Source: Cycas panzhihuaensis (Eukaryota > Plantae > Cycadophyta). From it: DNA of 64,000 nucleotides. Both the position numbers and the translations under genes were made by a program. The notes beneath the pieces were generated by a model, which made no database searches, had not been told where the DNA came from, and saw only the letters and a program-made list of their open reading frames with translations. Every line of letters starts with the position of its first letter. Position 1 is the stretch's first letter. Below are positions 1 to 14,392 of the stretch, in pieces. Location of the stretch: positions 131,819,741 through 131,883,740 of the forward strand of contig CM041465.1 in NCBI GenBank assembly GCA_023213395.1, read 5' to 3'.

Positions 1-3000
1 AGATAGTTACACTTGAGGAAGACAATGAGTGAGGAGCAGGAGGAGCGATAGGACCATAATGGTCAATCCACCACTCAACATAGTCAAGAGACTCTTTGGA
101 AGAGTCAAAGGGTGATAGGTGACAAGAGGTTCCCTCATCTTATCACTCGAGGAGGGCAATGAGGTATGAAATGAAGCGATATGGGGAGTCCCACAAGAGA
201 GAGGAGCAATGATATGTGACTCAGGAGGAGGACTAAGCTCCTCAATGGAAGAGGTTTTAGGTCAGGACTTGGAACAAAAGAAGTGCCTCCTACTCATGTT
301 TAGGAGGGATATGGGATGAGGGAGGTCCTCATCCTCATCGTCACTTAGCACGATGAAGTACCCATAACTCCCTACACTAATAAGGGCGAAATGAATAAGG
401 TTAGAGGAAGAATAGGAGGGGCCTTCTTCCAAACAAGACAAACTAGGAATGTTGATAAAATAAGTGGAAGCATGAGCAAACAAGCCTTTGTTTCCCTTTG
501 CCTGATCACGAGCCACTTGATGGGATTGATATGATTGTTTGGTGGGAGGAGGCTCCTAAGAAACAACCTTCATTCACCCTTTATGAACTAATTTAAGTTA
601 CCCCCAACGGGATGAGCACACAGCTCCCATCTAATCAAGCCATCGAGGTCCTAATAAAAGGTTGTAATCTAGGTATACATTAAGGACTATGATGCCAGTG
701 AGGATGATTTTATCCTTGAGGATAAGAGGAAAGGAAACTGACCCCAGGGGTATCTTTTTGCTACCATTGTAGCCTTGACAATGCCACAGGACCGATTTGA
801 GAGCCAATATGCCTAACTCTTGTATGATTCGCAAGGGCATAGCATTGACGAAAGAGTCATTGTCTATAACGGTCCTTCAAAGGATACATTCAGGTGTGTC
901 TATGGATATGGTGAAGGGATAGTACCATTGATGTTCCCTTTCACTAGTTAGAGGGAGATCTTTAAGGTCGAGAGAGATGATAGGTTCACAGCTTAGGGTA
1001 ACACCCAAGGCATGAATGAAAGCATCAACTAACCCCAAAGTCTCTAGGAGAAGAACACGTTGCTTTAGACAGCTTCTCAAGACGTCCATCATGGATATCC
1101 CTATAGCCACGATGTGAAGTTCATCAATGATAGAGAAAGGCTTCCCCTTCACGGTAGGTTGGGGAAGCGACCTTTAGAAATCATAACAATTGGGGTGCAC
1201 AGAGATTGTCTTAGGAAGTGGCGAGATCTTGGAAGGAGGGTTCTCTAAAGGGGGATCAATGTGAGAAGAAGAAGGAGCATCTATTGCTTCTTTGGCCTCC
1301 TAAGACTGAGTCAAGATGTATAATGGCATAGTCTTAGTCATTTGGATAACCCTCTTTCCCTTGTTTCAGGATTAAGAGGGAGAAGGAGTTTGATGGTGGA
1401 AACCAAAAGAAGAAGAGGAGTTCCTTACACCTATCCCTTTAGCTTATGTAGGGCGAGGGTTAAGGGATCTTCCCCTATTTCATTTCCCTTTTTGTTGGGT
1501 GTGGTAATCTTGTTCCTTATGTTTGGGGAAAGGATCCTTATGAATGGTTTGGTCTAGATTGGGTCTAAACACCCGTTTAGGGGAGGAGTCATGATGTGGG
1601 GTGGATTTGGGATATTACATCCTACATTGTGACTCCTTATAAAAGCACTCTCCATGAATGGAATACCACTTCTTCTCCAAGGAAGAGTTCATCTTCTTTG
1701 CTTGAGAAGCTTGGGTATTACCATTCCTAGGAGGTGCAGCTTGAGAGGCTTGATGGATAGGTTTATGGGAAGTAGGCGACAAAGGCACTTGGAGTTTAAG
1801 TTCCTTCATCATACATTCAAAAGAATGTATAGCGGAAGTCAAGGGGTCCAAGGTCTTCTCTGTCGAATAAGATAAAGACCTAGGAGGTTGTTGGGTTTTG
1901 GTATTGTAAGATGGAGGAGGTACCTCAGGTTGTTGCAACGACTTAAGAGGCTTCTTGAGACCTGCTTGGACCTCAATGGCATGAAGAGCTAAACATTTGG
2001 TTATGGCAGAGTCACATGTTGTTGCCCCCATCTTGAGGACTTCAACATGCACTTCAAAGCAAAGAGCATTGACAAAAAGATCCCTCTTTAACTCCTTGGG
2101 TAGTGTTGCCTTCATGGAGTGGAGAAGATCATGGAAATGCCTCATAAAGTCACAATTTATTTCATCGTGACCTTGCTTAAGGGATAAGAGAGGCTTCATT
2201 CCACTCTCAAAGGGATGGGTAACATCAAAATAATTAATGAATTCATCAACAAGTTACTAGAATGAGTGGATGGAGTGTGTGGGAAGGTGATAGAACCATT
2301 TGAGGGCATTGCCTTATAGAAAGCATAGGAAAAGTTTCACTAAAATATGATCATATGCCCAATAGTCAATGCATGTCATAGAAAAGCTTCTAACGTGCTA
2401 TGTTGGGTCTTGAGAGGAGGTCTTGTCAAACTTGGATACCTCGAGAGGGTGAAGTAATAAGTTGGTTCTTAATGCCTCAACGGATAAAGGAGTTGACCTA
2501 TAATCCATAAAGGGATAGGCCCTTAGTTGGACTATAGGATCAATGAAGGACGAGGGAGGAGGTGGGCAAAGGTGCCTAAATCCTCCTTGGGAAACTTCAC
2601 TCGAAAGGGGATACAAACTTCCTCCCACTTGGTTGGAGGGGACTAATCATAAATGTGAGCGGATTAGAAAAGGAGCATATGGGTAAGAAGGACCCATCCC
2701 CCCTTGAGGGTATGCCCCTTATTGAAAGGAGGCTTAAGAGAGGGTGCCTTGGGAAGGGGCTCACCCTCCTTGTGAAGGCACCACATAAGAAGAAGCATAA
2801 GAAGATGGGATAGAAGGGTATGGAACTGGATTTTAGCCATATAGGCCACCTGTAGGTGGTGCAACACCATATGGATGCAAAGGGTCCACCCCATAAACAG
2901 GGAGAGGACTCCCCTTACCATGCCCCCATGGTTGGGAAGTATATCCTGGGGTACATAGAGGGAGGAATCCCTAGGTTGAGTTTGGGAGTGGCTAGAAGTA

Positions 3001-6000
3001 GGGTGATATGTAGGTCCCCTAGATCTAATGGGAGGCAGATGGACTACGGTCAGTTAAGTGTAGTCGCTTGGCTTAAAGGAGGCATACTCAACCTAAGTTG
3101 GGAAGTGGGTATACCTCGGGTGGTCCCTAAGGAATGCAAGCCACAAGAAGAAGAAGACATAATGAGGGACGCCCCCATTATGGGTATAGGTGCCGAATGG
3201 AATGAATATAAAGGTATGGATGTCGAGGAGAGGAGTGTTATACTTCACAAAATGTTATCCAACCATTTAGGATATGGTTAGAGGCTAGCTACTTGGAAGC
3301 ACTAATTAAGTGCTTCCACCACATCCATGGGAGGGGTATCTACCTGCTCATATGAGGTCGAAGGATCCTCATATGAAACAGACCCCACAGGATGGTCCTC
3401 ATGGGAATTGTCACCAGGAAGGTGATATCCCATAAGAGAATACACTTCCACTTCATAAGTGGAAAGGTGATGGACCTGTAGGTGCTCTTAGTTAGCCAGG
3501 TAGAAGATAGGGTCCTCACCCTCTTGGGTGGGGCCCTGGAAAGAAGTAAATGGTTGATGGGACTCAAAAACATTGGCGTGGTATACCCAATCCAAAGGAA
3601 ATCTCTCCATGGTTGATTTAGAATCTGACAATGGAAGGGGATAATAAGGAGATTCCTCCAACGAAAGAGGGAAACCTCATAAACGATGAGAGAATCACTA
3701 TATACAAGTCTTCCCTTGAGTTAGAAGCAAAAAAGACAATAAAATGATAAGCATTGGGGGATGCCCAACAAATCAAGGAGGGCTACCGAAGGAGGAGTAG
3801 CACCAATAGAAAAGGGAATATGATATACCCCTAACTGACGACTCTCCAATATGGTCACCAGTGGAAGTGCACCTCTAGGGGTCACCAGTTACAAAGAGAT
3901 TAGGCTAATACAATCAATAATCTTGTGGATAAAGGATCTACGGGAGCGATGGAAATGATTACCCATAAAAGGCATCTGTGCATTGGAATATAGGTTTGAG
4001 GACCCGTAAATGGTGTACAAACCCCTCCTCAAGGTAAGCACCTTCTCAATTTAGGATGGGCAAGAGAGGGACTTCCTTGGTTTGCTAAGTAGCCTCAAAA
4101 AAGACCCTCATGTCCTACATGGCCAAGGAAGGAGGATATAGATGTGGAAACACCCTTTTTGAGAAGAGGGAATAGGTGAGGTAGGTCCTAACCAAAAGAG
4201 GAAGTACCTACAAATAAGCCATAAGTGATTAGTGGATGGATGAGAATGGGAAGCTAGTAAAAAAAAGGCTAACCTCTAAATGGAGGTAAGGTAGAGTGAG
4301 GCCTTGCCAAAAAAGAGAAGAAGACCTTAAGGGGAAGGTGTCCCTAAGGTTCCTACACCTAAAATGGATAGCTAGATGTAGGGGATGAAGTAATGTATTT
4401 TTGTTTCTTTGTTCTTGTCATATAATGAAGCAATATAGGGGTATGAGTTATCATAATTTGTGTTTCATGTCCAAGTAAAAAGGGAAAGTAAATAAAGCAA
4501 CAACTCTCTCTCTTTTCCTAAATCCTGGCCTCCCTCTCTTTATCTTTTATAAGCATAAAAGGAAACATGTAACCAGGAAGCATAAGAAAAGGATGCAAGT
4601 GCTAATGCAAGTTAACTCGACAACATGTGGGAGAAGATAGGATGTAGGTAGGAGAACTCATAACCTATCACACCCAAACCCTAGTGAAAGTAGGAGTTTG
4701 AGTCAAGGGAGAGGGGGTAAAGATGTAACTAGCAGAAAGCAATGCCTATTTATGCATAACAATTACCCTTCCCCTATGTGGATAAGCAAGACAAGCAACA
4801 AGTAATGAAATACAAACTATCTCTTTTTCTTTAACCTTTCCTTTTCTTCTTTTGGGAGTAAAAAGTGGAAGAAAGGGGTGAGCAAGAGGATGGGACAGAA
4901 GTAGTGCATCTAGGAACCTAATGGTTGGCATAGAGGCCTCTTTACTTTCTTCATGCTCCATGCTTATCCATTTGGCATACCTTCTCACAAGCAATAAGAT
5001 GAAAGGAACACTAGTGGGGACTTCCTTACCTCCCTTAATATCTAGATGTAAAAGAACTAAAGGAAAATGAAATAATTTGCTTATATTGAAATTTTAAGGT
5101 ATTGTAATAACAATGGGAAATATATGTATACCTGCAATGAAGGCCTATGTTTGCTCTGAAGTGGATGAAACTTGCATGATAAATGGTTTGCCCTTTCCCA
5201 AGGGGCACTAGACATCCATGGGAGTAAGAATGTACATATATCTATGCTTTTTCAAAAAGAAAGAAATGAAGAAAGTAATCATGATAAATGTCTTTTAAAC
5301 AAGCAAAATATATAATGTTAGTTTTATTTCATCATGCATACATAGTAATCCAATGGTTATGGAAAAAAAGGGGGGAGAAAGGAAGAAGGAAGGGTAGCCT
5401 TAGAATGGCTAACCCTCCTAATAGGATATCTCTGCATTCCCAAGCACTCAAGTAGCTGACCAAAGAGGGCCAAGATCATCTAACGATAGAGAAGGTGACA
5501 AATTTTGTATATGAATAAAGTGTTGTAAAAGTTGCAATGTGTAACTTTTGTAAGATTTGCAAAAATAAGGCTAAGTCTATGAGAAACAAAGGAGCTACTA
5601 CTAAACCAGGTTTTATGGGGATTTTGATGGTTAGTTAAAGGTGTAGCAAGGTGCTGTTAACACTGTAATCAATGAGGTTCCCTACCCCAAAAGTTTCTGA
5701 GTGGACAAGGGAGGTATTGGGAGAAGCAAAAGAGCAGAGAGTAGGGGGTTGTCCTTGAAGAGATGGCAGAAGGGTACGAAACCCTACCTAAAACTCTTTT
5801 CTTTCTTTTCTCTCCACCTCCTTGAACAGACCTGAGGGGAACTTCAAGGTGGAGGGGAACAAGCCAGTAAAGGGGAGGGTTTGCCTCCCAGAATAAAGAA
5901 ATAAAGGGTAGCTTCACATAACAAATGGAAAAGCAGGTAAAGAAACCTTTATTCTTAAGGAGAAAAGGGATGTATATGCATGTAGGTACCTGGTAAGGGC

Positions 6001-6939
6001 AGATTTAAGGCAAATCTACCTTGTATAGTGATTGGAGAAGAGGTTCCTCTTGGAAGATTGATGAAAATCTCCTGTAACGACACAAAGAGGAAGCATAACC
6101 TACAACAAACTTGGTGCTTGAGGCTTGGTAGAATACTTATGGCAATGATCTATCTCAAAGCTCATTGTTGCAGACCTGCAACTCAAGGTTTTGATCTAAA
6201 GGAGATGATGGTAGGAGTGGGAGGCAGGATACAGCAAGTTAGAACCTTCATTTCAAATTTTTTCTTTAAGATAAAGAGGAAGAAGAGGAGGAATGAGGGA
6301 AAATTTAGGTTTTTAAACCCAACCCTAGCTCAACAGGCAATTAGGGCTCACCCTGGGTGGGAGACAGCCTAGCACCATGCGTCAATTTTACATTTAATAC
6401 AAAATTAGTCGTGGCCAAATAAAAAAATAAATTTGAACAGTTATACTATGGTAAACTTCACGGTACCATGAAGTTTGTAGTGATATTGTGGAGTTTACAG
6501 TAATGCACTCTAAACTCAAATGAAACAAAAAAGGGAAGCCTTGCAGGCTCCCTAAAAGGGGGGTCTTAGACCCTAAGAGGGCAATAATGCAATGCCAAGA
6601 TGCTAAGAGGGATTGTAGGACCTAGAGGGACCACAATGTACAGGAAAAAGGTGGCAAAAAGGGCTCCCAAAAGAGGCAAGTGGCAAATCAAGATGATAAC
6701 CAAGCCTAAATTGGTTGTTAGGGGTCACGTCACATCAAGAAATGATGAGGGATGAGCTACGGGAGCCAAGAGTGCTTGGAAACATTATGGAGACATAGTG
6801 GAGGGTCATAAGAAGCCATGGGATATGTATCCTAAGTTGTCATAGGTTAAAGTGTTAAGATGTAACATAAGTAAACAGGCAAGTGATGTATAATAATTAT
6901 ACAATCAATCAATCAACATGCAATGTGCATTTATCGACA
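1..6939 (-). mobile_element. Partial Ty3/gypsy non-chromovirus (Athila/Tat superclade) LTR retrotransposon F: 5' LTR/leader, gag and protease; the rest runs off the left window edge
   Basis: Minus-strand retrotransposon gag at ~2480-1615 (…GNALKWFYHLP…, KPLLSLKQGHDE…DLFVNAL) and protease at ~900-560 (…DNDS…, DYNLLLGPRWL). The minus strand starts TGTCGATAAATG at 6939, an LTR-like TG terminus. I did not locate the LTR 3' boundary or PBS. Confidence 0.75.
1615..2480 (-). pseudogene. gag: gypsy gag (Retrotrans_gag-like), disrupted
   Basis: ORF 1615..2199 plus upstream stop-broken segment FDKTSSQDP…YDHILVKLF…NALKWFY. Confidence 0.75.
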
Positions 6940-8230
6940 GCCTCATAGCATCTTCAAGCTAATGGAAGTGAGGATAGAAGCATACTGGTGCTTACTTGAG
7001 TCGAATCGTCCATGTCTATTCCTGGTGGGCGGGAAACATAGGCTTAGAAAAGAACCGCCTATTAGTTAGTGTGTGGAAGTTGGGTCTTATCTAAAAGGTG
7101 GTAGTTTTTTGGTGGATATGCTTGAAGAATAAAACCTTGACAATGGATAACCTTCACAGGCATGGGTTTGCTATGCCAAATAGATGTGTGTTATGTAAGA
7201 AAGAAGAGGAGAGTTTAGACCACATTAGCATTCACTGTTCCCTCTCTAGAAGAATTTGGGCCTATATTTCATTTAATTTTGGGGTCTAATGGGTGAACCC
7301 AATGACCCTTAAAGACCTATAGAGATCATGGAAGTAAGACTCTAGGCTTAATCTAGAAAATTATTCCACTAATGGTGGTTTGGAACATCTAGAAGTAAAG
7401 AAATAGAAGAATATCCTAGGGGAAAGAGTTGGACGAGATCAAGATCTATGAGATGTTACGATCAGCGCTAGTGATGAGGAAGGTATTTCAGAGAGGGAGG
7501 GTACGATTATTGATGGTTGGGGAATAAAAAGACAAAATATTATAGGAACTAAGAGAAGGAGTTATAGGTGACGGCCACCTATAGACAACTAGGTTAAAAT
7601 CAATTTTGATGGGGTAGCAAGAGGAAATCCAAGTGAGGTCAGTGGAGGAGGTTTGTGTAGATACCCAAATGGCATAGTAAGGTAGGCCTTCGTAGAATAC
7701 TATGGCCAGCAGACAAAGCACAAGGCTAAGTTAAAGGCAATGCAAAGAGTAGTATTTATGGTTGAGGAGGATGACCTGGATAGGGTGGAGATTGAAGGAG
7801 ACTCATTAAATGTGGTTAGGATCCTCAGAGGGGATACTAAAGTAGATTAGCAAATTGAGGAGATGGTGAGGGATGTTCAAGAGGTTTTAAAGGCGAAAGA
7901 ATGCTTTCGGATTTGTCATACATACAGAGAGGGAAATGCTATTATTGATTGGTTGGCCAACTGGGCAGTCTCGAACAAGTACAGGAGGGTATAGAAGGAG
8001 GACTTCCTGGAGGATTTTCTAATTCTGGTCAAAATAGATGTGTTAACTTAGGAGGGGGATAAGCTAGCCATTGGGCTTGTCATGGTATTTAGGGTTAGTA
8101 TGGGTAGGATGTTTTGAGATCAACTAGGCCATGGGCTTGTCATAGCTCTCTTATTATAGTTGGAAGGTAAATCTTGTAAAAGGTTTTGGGCCCTTATAAA
8201 CCCCTTCTATTTTTACCAAATAAAAAAAAA
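6940..8230 (+). mobile_element. 3' part of an L1-type LINE: zf-RVT and RNase H-like domains, 3' UTR and poly(A) tail
   Basis: VWKLG…KVVVFWW…LTMDNL.R.G..PNRCVLC.KEEES.DH…HC (zf-RVT, ~7070-7290). KINFDG..RGNP…GG, VEIEGDSLNVV and HTYREGN..DWLAN (RNase H-like, ~7590-7970). A-run at 8222-8230. Confidence 0.85.
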
Positions 8231-11200
8231 TCTACTCTAACCTTGATGATTTTAGGCTTGTTCCTAATTTCTAAGTCTACATCTATTGTTTTCCCTAGAA
8301 GTGTAGTATTTTCCTCCCCTAAATAAGGAGGCACAAGCTCAACTAAAGAGGGAGGAAATAAAACATCCAAGTTTTCACTTGTTAGAGGATAATCGAGGTG
8401 AATGTACCTCACAAACCTAAGATTGTAGTGGTTTGTTTGAAGGTTGGGAGATAAGCTTAACAAGTGCCCCAAAATAGCTTCATCATTTTTAAAATGATCG
8501 AAACTAAAAACTACTTTTATGATTGGTGTTGATTTCATGAATAAGTAATCTAGCAATAAGCTCAATTGAACAAAAAGGTCACGATAGCCCTATGTTGCTA
8601 AATAGAAAGGGAGGGACAAGTGGGATGCTAGTATGCCAAGGACAATATTCCTAATCACTCTCCAAAGGAAGTATACATTAGTCAAACTAACTCAAGATAT
8701 TAAAGAAAGAGTCATGAGATTATGGAGAACTACAATAGGCAAAAAGATGTATGAGAGTAATAAGAGGTTTAAGAACCTCTTAAAGGTTGGTTTCATCATC
8801 ACCATCATAAGAATATGAGTATGGGATGGGCTAGCAAAAACATGATTCTAAGACTAATTAATGGGTATGGGAATTTGAGTCTACTTAGATAACCCTAGCA
8901 TGCTCCAATGGGTAAACTCTTAAGGGTGAAATGGCAACTCTTAAAATTAATCCCAACATGTACTATGAAGCTAATGCAAATGCACCTAAATTATAAATGG
9001 AACCAGATCTAACCTGTCCAAAGAAATGACCATGTGAATTAAGTTTAGCCTTCTAAGGATCTATGTCTTTGATAAGTGATTAGGAGTATGAATAAATTAA
9101 TTAATTAATCAATCAAATTAAATTCCTATATGGCTTCATCTTCTACTTGTTCTAAAGGTTGAGTGTCAAAATACCACATAAAATCAAAGCCAAGGAGTGT
9201 CAAATAAGAATATTTCCCTCTAAACACATCATGAATATTTTCAAAAATAGTGTCTTCAAATATAACATCAACTAGAGGTATGGACTACCTAAGAAGCTTG
9301 ATTATACTACTAACAACTTTGATCCTATTCCCATAAATGAATTAGAGCTCATAAAAAAGGGAAAAGCAAATCGTTAATATTTAATTGAGCTAAGGCTTTT
9401 TAAGCAACATGTTATATTTAAGATCTAAGTCCATAAGTCCATAATAGTCATCTCTATCATGAACATTTTACCCTTAAGAATCATTAGAATGATAACCTTG
9501 CCTATGGGTATCTTCTAGGTTTTGTCATAACCCTTGTAAACCAAGTGAACTAACTCATAAGTTACAATTTATAGGCCTTTAAGAAGCCTCATAGGAATAA
9601 CATAATCAAGGACCCTTAATCCATAATGGACTTTTTAATATCCCACTCACCCAATTCAATAATAATATAAAATAGTAAAATGGCATTATGATCTTTTTTA
9701 TCTCTATCTTATTGTTTAGAAGGATTAAAGAAAAGAGGTGGTCTATTTAGGTCAATTGTCTAAACACCTAAGGTTGTTAATAAGATCTCCTTTTATTAAG
9801 CACAACTCTTCAAAATTTCTAATACAAAAATACTAATAAACACAAATTTAATTTCCTCCATAATTGAGAAAGATTTCCCTATTATAATTTTTGGAATAGG
9901 CCTCTTAAAGTCAAAGAGAATTTACCTAGTAGGAAGCTCCAATGGCCCATCCAAGGCTTTAGATGATGATCCCTTCTTGAAGGTAGAAGTGTCAACATTT
10001 TAGTGGGTTCAACTATATTGATGGTTTTCCTTACTTCTTTATCCTTAGATAATGGTTTATAACTAAAGTAATCCTTTGTCTTTAGATCGTATTTAGGTGG
10101 AGGAGGCTTTTCCTTTACTTTAGAATAAGAATTACTAGGTTCATCCTTAGCTTTGTCTTTGCCTCATCCTTTGGTTTTTTGTCATAATTATGGAATTGAT
10201 ATTTACAAATAAATTAATCTATATTAGGTTGAGAGGATGTACTTTCCCTATTCTTTTTGTGTCTTTTAAGATGTTCTTTTATTTTAGACCAATCATCTTA
10301 TTTGTTAGGCTCCAATTTAGTCATATGGGTACCATGGTTCATATTTAGGTGCTTAGGTTATAGGTTTAATATCTTTCTTCTACTCAATAAATTAGATAAC
10401 CTTTGGGTCCCTTTTCAATTCAACGCTATAGGATATGTCAATATTTAGTTTGATATTGATGGACTTTTTTAGTGCCCTTACCATAGAACTAAGACTATCA
10501 TGTATCCAATCTCCCTAAGCTACTTTTGGTTCTTCTTGGGTAATATTTTATTTTTCTTTCATAGCATGGGAGTTTGGCTAAGTTCCTAACTCCTGCTCAA
10601 ATTTTAGAAGATTCTAAAGTTAGGAACTTTTTAATAATACCCTTATAAATCGTGGGTCCTGACTTAAGTACCTTGAAATATACTTAGGACCTAAGGGAAT
10701 TAGTAAAAATGTTGAAGTGTAGATCATCAACTAAAGGACTCTAACATGTATAGGCAAGATCCTAAAAGCATAGAATAAAGACATGACTAGACCTATCACT
10801 TTCCTGTTTAGTAAAGAAAAAGGATTTTACCCCCATTTCAAAAGGATGAACCACATCAATGTGGTTAATGAAACTATCAACCAGTTATTAGAATGAGAAT
10901 ACTAAACCATTATGCAATCTACTAAACCACTTTAAAGCATCCCCCTATAATGTCCTTATGAAAAGTCTATCAAAAGGCTAAAGCAACATAGGCTAAAGTA
11001 AAAGCATGTATATATCTTATGGGATCTTGCCTTGATTTCCCATTAAAGTTTGAAAGTCCAAGCAAGTAGTGAGGAAGAGTACATGAGAGGATTTTCATGG
11101 GAAATGGTTCCTTTTATAATCTATGAATGACTTCCCTAAAGTTAAGGGAGGAGTTATATAATGTGTACATAATAAAGGTCCAAGAAAGGCTTTGTAAGCT

Positions 11201-12000
11201 AAACTCCATTAAGGAGGTGGTTTAGGTATCCATGAAACCCCCTGATATGGCCAAATAGCCTAGCTTATAGTTTTTGCCCCTTAAAAAGGAGCAATACTAG
11301 ACAACTAAAAGATAAGTTAAATAACAAAGGCAAGTATCATAGATTGGTTATAAATCTAACCCTAGTTCATCATATGAGATGGGGCATAAGACTAAGCATG
11401 ATTCTATGAAGATAAAATCAAATTACCCATATGAGTTTGGGTGCTCCAACTAGGTATTTATGTTGAGTACCTAGCTAGACCAAGTCCAATATGATACTAC
11501 TGGGTGGGAAATATGAATATAGGATGACCTAGAGGTAGTAAGGGTCTAGTCCAATAGGGCAATGTTATAGGACCAATAGGGTTAAAGTTGTATAGGAGGT
11601 ATGCCCCTGTCAATATCTCTACATAAATCTATGTAGTGATTGGATTAATACTATATATCAAATAAGCTAAAGATCCTTTCAACCAAAGGCTTTGATCATA
11701 CCTATATAAAGGATTATCATATACCCCTCTAAACAATCTTGGCATATATACACCTAAAGGAAAGTTAATAGATCAAGGATGGTATAACTATAACCACACA
11801 CATATATACATAATCAAAAAGAAATAAAGTAAATCATCAATATTTTTAATCAAAGTAGAATAGATGAAGCATACCTAATTGCATTAAGAATGCCCAAAAG
11901 TAAGAAAATAATAAGCATAAAGATGATACAAGAGTCATTATATTGTATAATCATCTCTATAGTTTAATGCTAAAAGGGTAGATGATTGAATATCTTTAGT
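8231..12000 (-). mobile_element. Degenerate non-chromoviral gypsy element H (gag, protease, PR-RT spacer), cut on the RT side by the LINE
   Basis: Minus-strand gag ~11080-10600 (…GDALKWF…), protease ~9620-9300. ORF 8194..8565 (DHFKNDEAILGHL…TIDVDL…KIIKV) is homologous to 20700-21000 of element G. Right boundary is approximate. Confidence 0.7.
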
Positions 12001-12049
12001 AGGTAAAATCCATATAGGATTAGTTCTTAACAATCAAACAACTAATGCC

Positions 12050-13674
12050 AAATTCAAAATGGGTCACTTTAGTGTTAAGAAGCCTATTAGATACATATGG
12101 AAAAATTATTATAATTTTAAAATTAGTAGATAAACTTTCTTCATATTTTAATGCTTTAGAGTGTTAATTACTTAATCATGAATAGAAGATAAAGGAGCAA
12201 CACAATAAAGAGACATTTGGAGTCTTAGCAACTAGAGTAAAAGAGAAGAATTTATTCATCCTTATAAGAAATGTTACATCTTTTAAACATAATGTTCAGC
12301 AAGAGAGTGGAAGTTCTAAGGGGTAAGGACCAAAGTTAAAGTACTAGCACTAAGGAAAGGTCAAACATCTAATAAAAGATTGTTATAAGTTATAGCAATA
12401 ATTACAATAGTAACCACCAAGATATAATAGTAGATGGAACCACAATGACCATAAAAGTAGAAACAATAATAATAGAAATCATAAGGGTAACATAGACACT
12501 TTTCTAGTTCACATAGTTTTAAAGGAAATGATAAAAGTATGAGACTCTTTATCACAACCTCTAAGATAAAGAGTAATGGATAGAACATTGGTATATCAAA
12601 TCTAGAGCAACAAAGCATATGTTAGGCAGTTTGGATTAGTTCCACTCTATGAGGGAGCCCTTAGGACAAACAATTACCATTGGCAATGATATAGAGTTAC
12701 AAGTTCAAAGGATTAGAGAATACACATTTATCCATATAACCATAGTAAAAAATCTTATTTAGGAAACATTCTTTATACACTAGGTTTAAAGGCTAACCTC
12801 ACTTCTATGTCATATGTTAATCAATAGAGAATGAGTTTCCTATTTAAGAACGGTAAATATATCATCAAGGATCATGATAAAAACATTATAATAATACTTA
12901 CTAAAGAATATGACCTATATAAATTAGATGATAGGTTCAAAGTTTAAAAATCTTTTACTATCATATCCTTTAAGAAAAAAATATGGCATTAATGAATAGA
13001 GAATTTAAATTACTCTAATCTTTAGCAAACATTTAAATTAAACATGGTACATGGTCTTCTAAATTTTAAATTAAAAAATAAGTTATGTAGACCTTATATT
13101 CTAATCAAACAATATTAAGAACCATTCCTAAACTAGTGAGTTTTGTAAGCAAAAGAGAAATTTAGCTTAGTACATATAGATATCCATGAACTAATGCTAA
13201 TAATGTCACTTGAAGGAGCAAATTATTTCCTGACCTGCACAAATAATTTTTATGGTAAATTGTGGGTGTTTCCCTTAAGAGAAAAATCACAACCCTTTAG
13301 TGTTTGTAAATAATTCAAAGAGTTGGCTAAAATAGAATTCAAGAACAATATCAATATCTTATGAATTGACAATGGAGGTAAATTCATATCTAATGAATTC
13401 ACTTAGATCTATAAGATCATGACATCAAGAGGTAATTTTCAACTACATATACACTCTAAAAGAATAGCATAGCAAAATAAATGAATAAGACATTGATTGA
13501 GAAGGTAAAATCAATGATGAAAGGATACGATGTTATAGAAAATATATAGATAAAAGTAGTTAATACCATTATGTATCTAACCACTAAAAGCTCTACAAAG
13601 GTAGTAAAAGATGTGATGCTTAAACAAGCTTAATTAGATAGGAAACCACTTGTATGATATCTACATGTTTTTAG

Positions 13675-13724
<50 letters not shown>

Positions 13725-14392
13725 AGGTGAGGTAGAAGTTTAGTTATAAAAGTTCCAAGTGTATCCCAAATGGATATTCAAAACAAGTAAGGTTTACTAT
13801 GTCTTTGAGTTGAAAACTTGAAAGGTACATATAACTCAGGATTTCACCTTTGATAAAGATGATACAACTACTTTAGATTCTATAAATGTCAAGCATGTTA
13901 AGGAACTTCCTATATCCATATAAATAATAAAAGTGGAAGGTTACTATAAATGTTAAAATCCAAGCAATGATGAAGAATCAAACTTGGGACTTAGTGAAAT
14001 TTCCCATTGGGAAGTAGGTAATTAGATGAAAATGGGTCTATAGGATCAAGTATAAGTCTTATAGTATGATTAAAAAGAAAAAAGCTTGACTTGTGGCTAA
14101 AGGCTTCACTTAAAAGGAAGGAATTGACTACCAAGAGACATTTGCTCTTATAGTAAAAATGGGCACTATTATGATCCTTTGGGACTTCGCTACCTAGTTC
14201 AAATGGTAATTGCACTAGATGGATATAAAAAGTACACCTCTAAAAGGAGACTAAACTAAAGTAACCTGCATGGAACAACCACTTGGTTATGTGAAGAAAG
14301 GTGAGGAACACTTGTTTTATTAGTTGATAAACATTTTGTATGCTTTAAAACAAACTCCTAGAGCTTCGTATAAGAAAATTAATTTGTCTTTC
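12050..14392 (+). mobile_element. Degenerate Ty1/copia fragment A (gag end, protease, integrase, RT start)
   Basis: Stop-ridden motifs ITIGND.ELQV, LVH.DI..M, GA.YFLT, DNGG.F (~13370), LVAKGFT.KEGIDYQETF (~14090-14145), MEQP.GY, ALKQTPRA. Left boundary is approximate. Confidence 0.8.
13677..13720. repeat. (GT)n microsatellite
   Basis: About 22 GT units seen directly. Confidence 0.95.

Noticed and set aside
5185-5215. Possible PBS of gypsy F (minus-strand TAGTGCCCCTTGGG)
   Set aside because: There is no clear adjacent LTR CA end and no second LTR in the window to confirm it.
2856-6372. Short ORFs such as 2856..3281, 4746..4994, 5669..5917 and 6028..6372
   Set aside because: No recognisable domains. 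They are antisense or off-frame readings of the gypsy gag N-terminus and LTR/leader.
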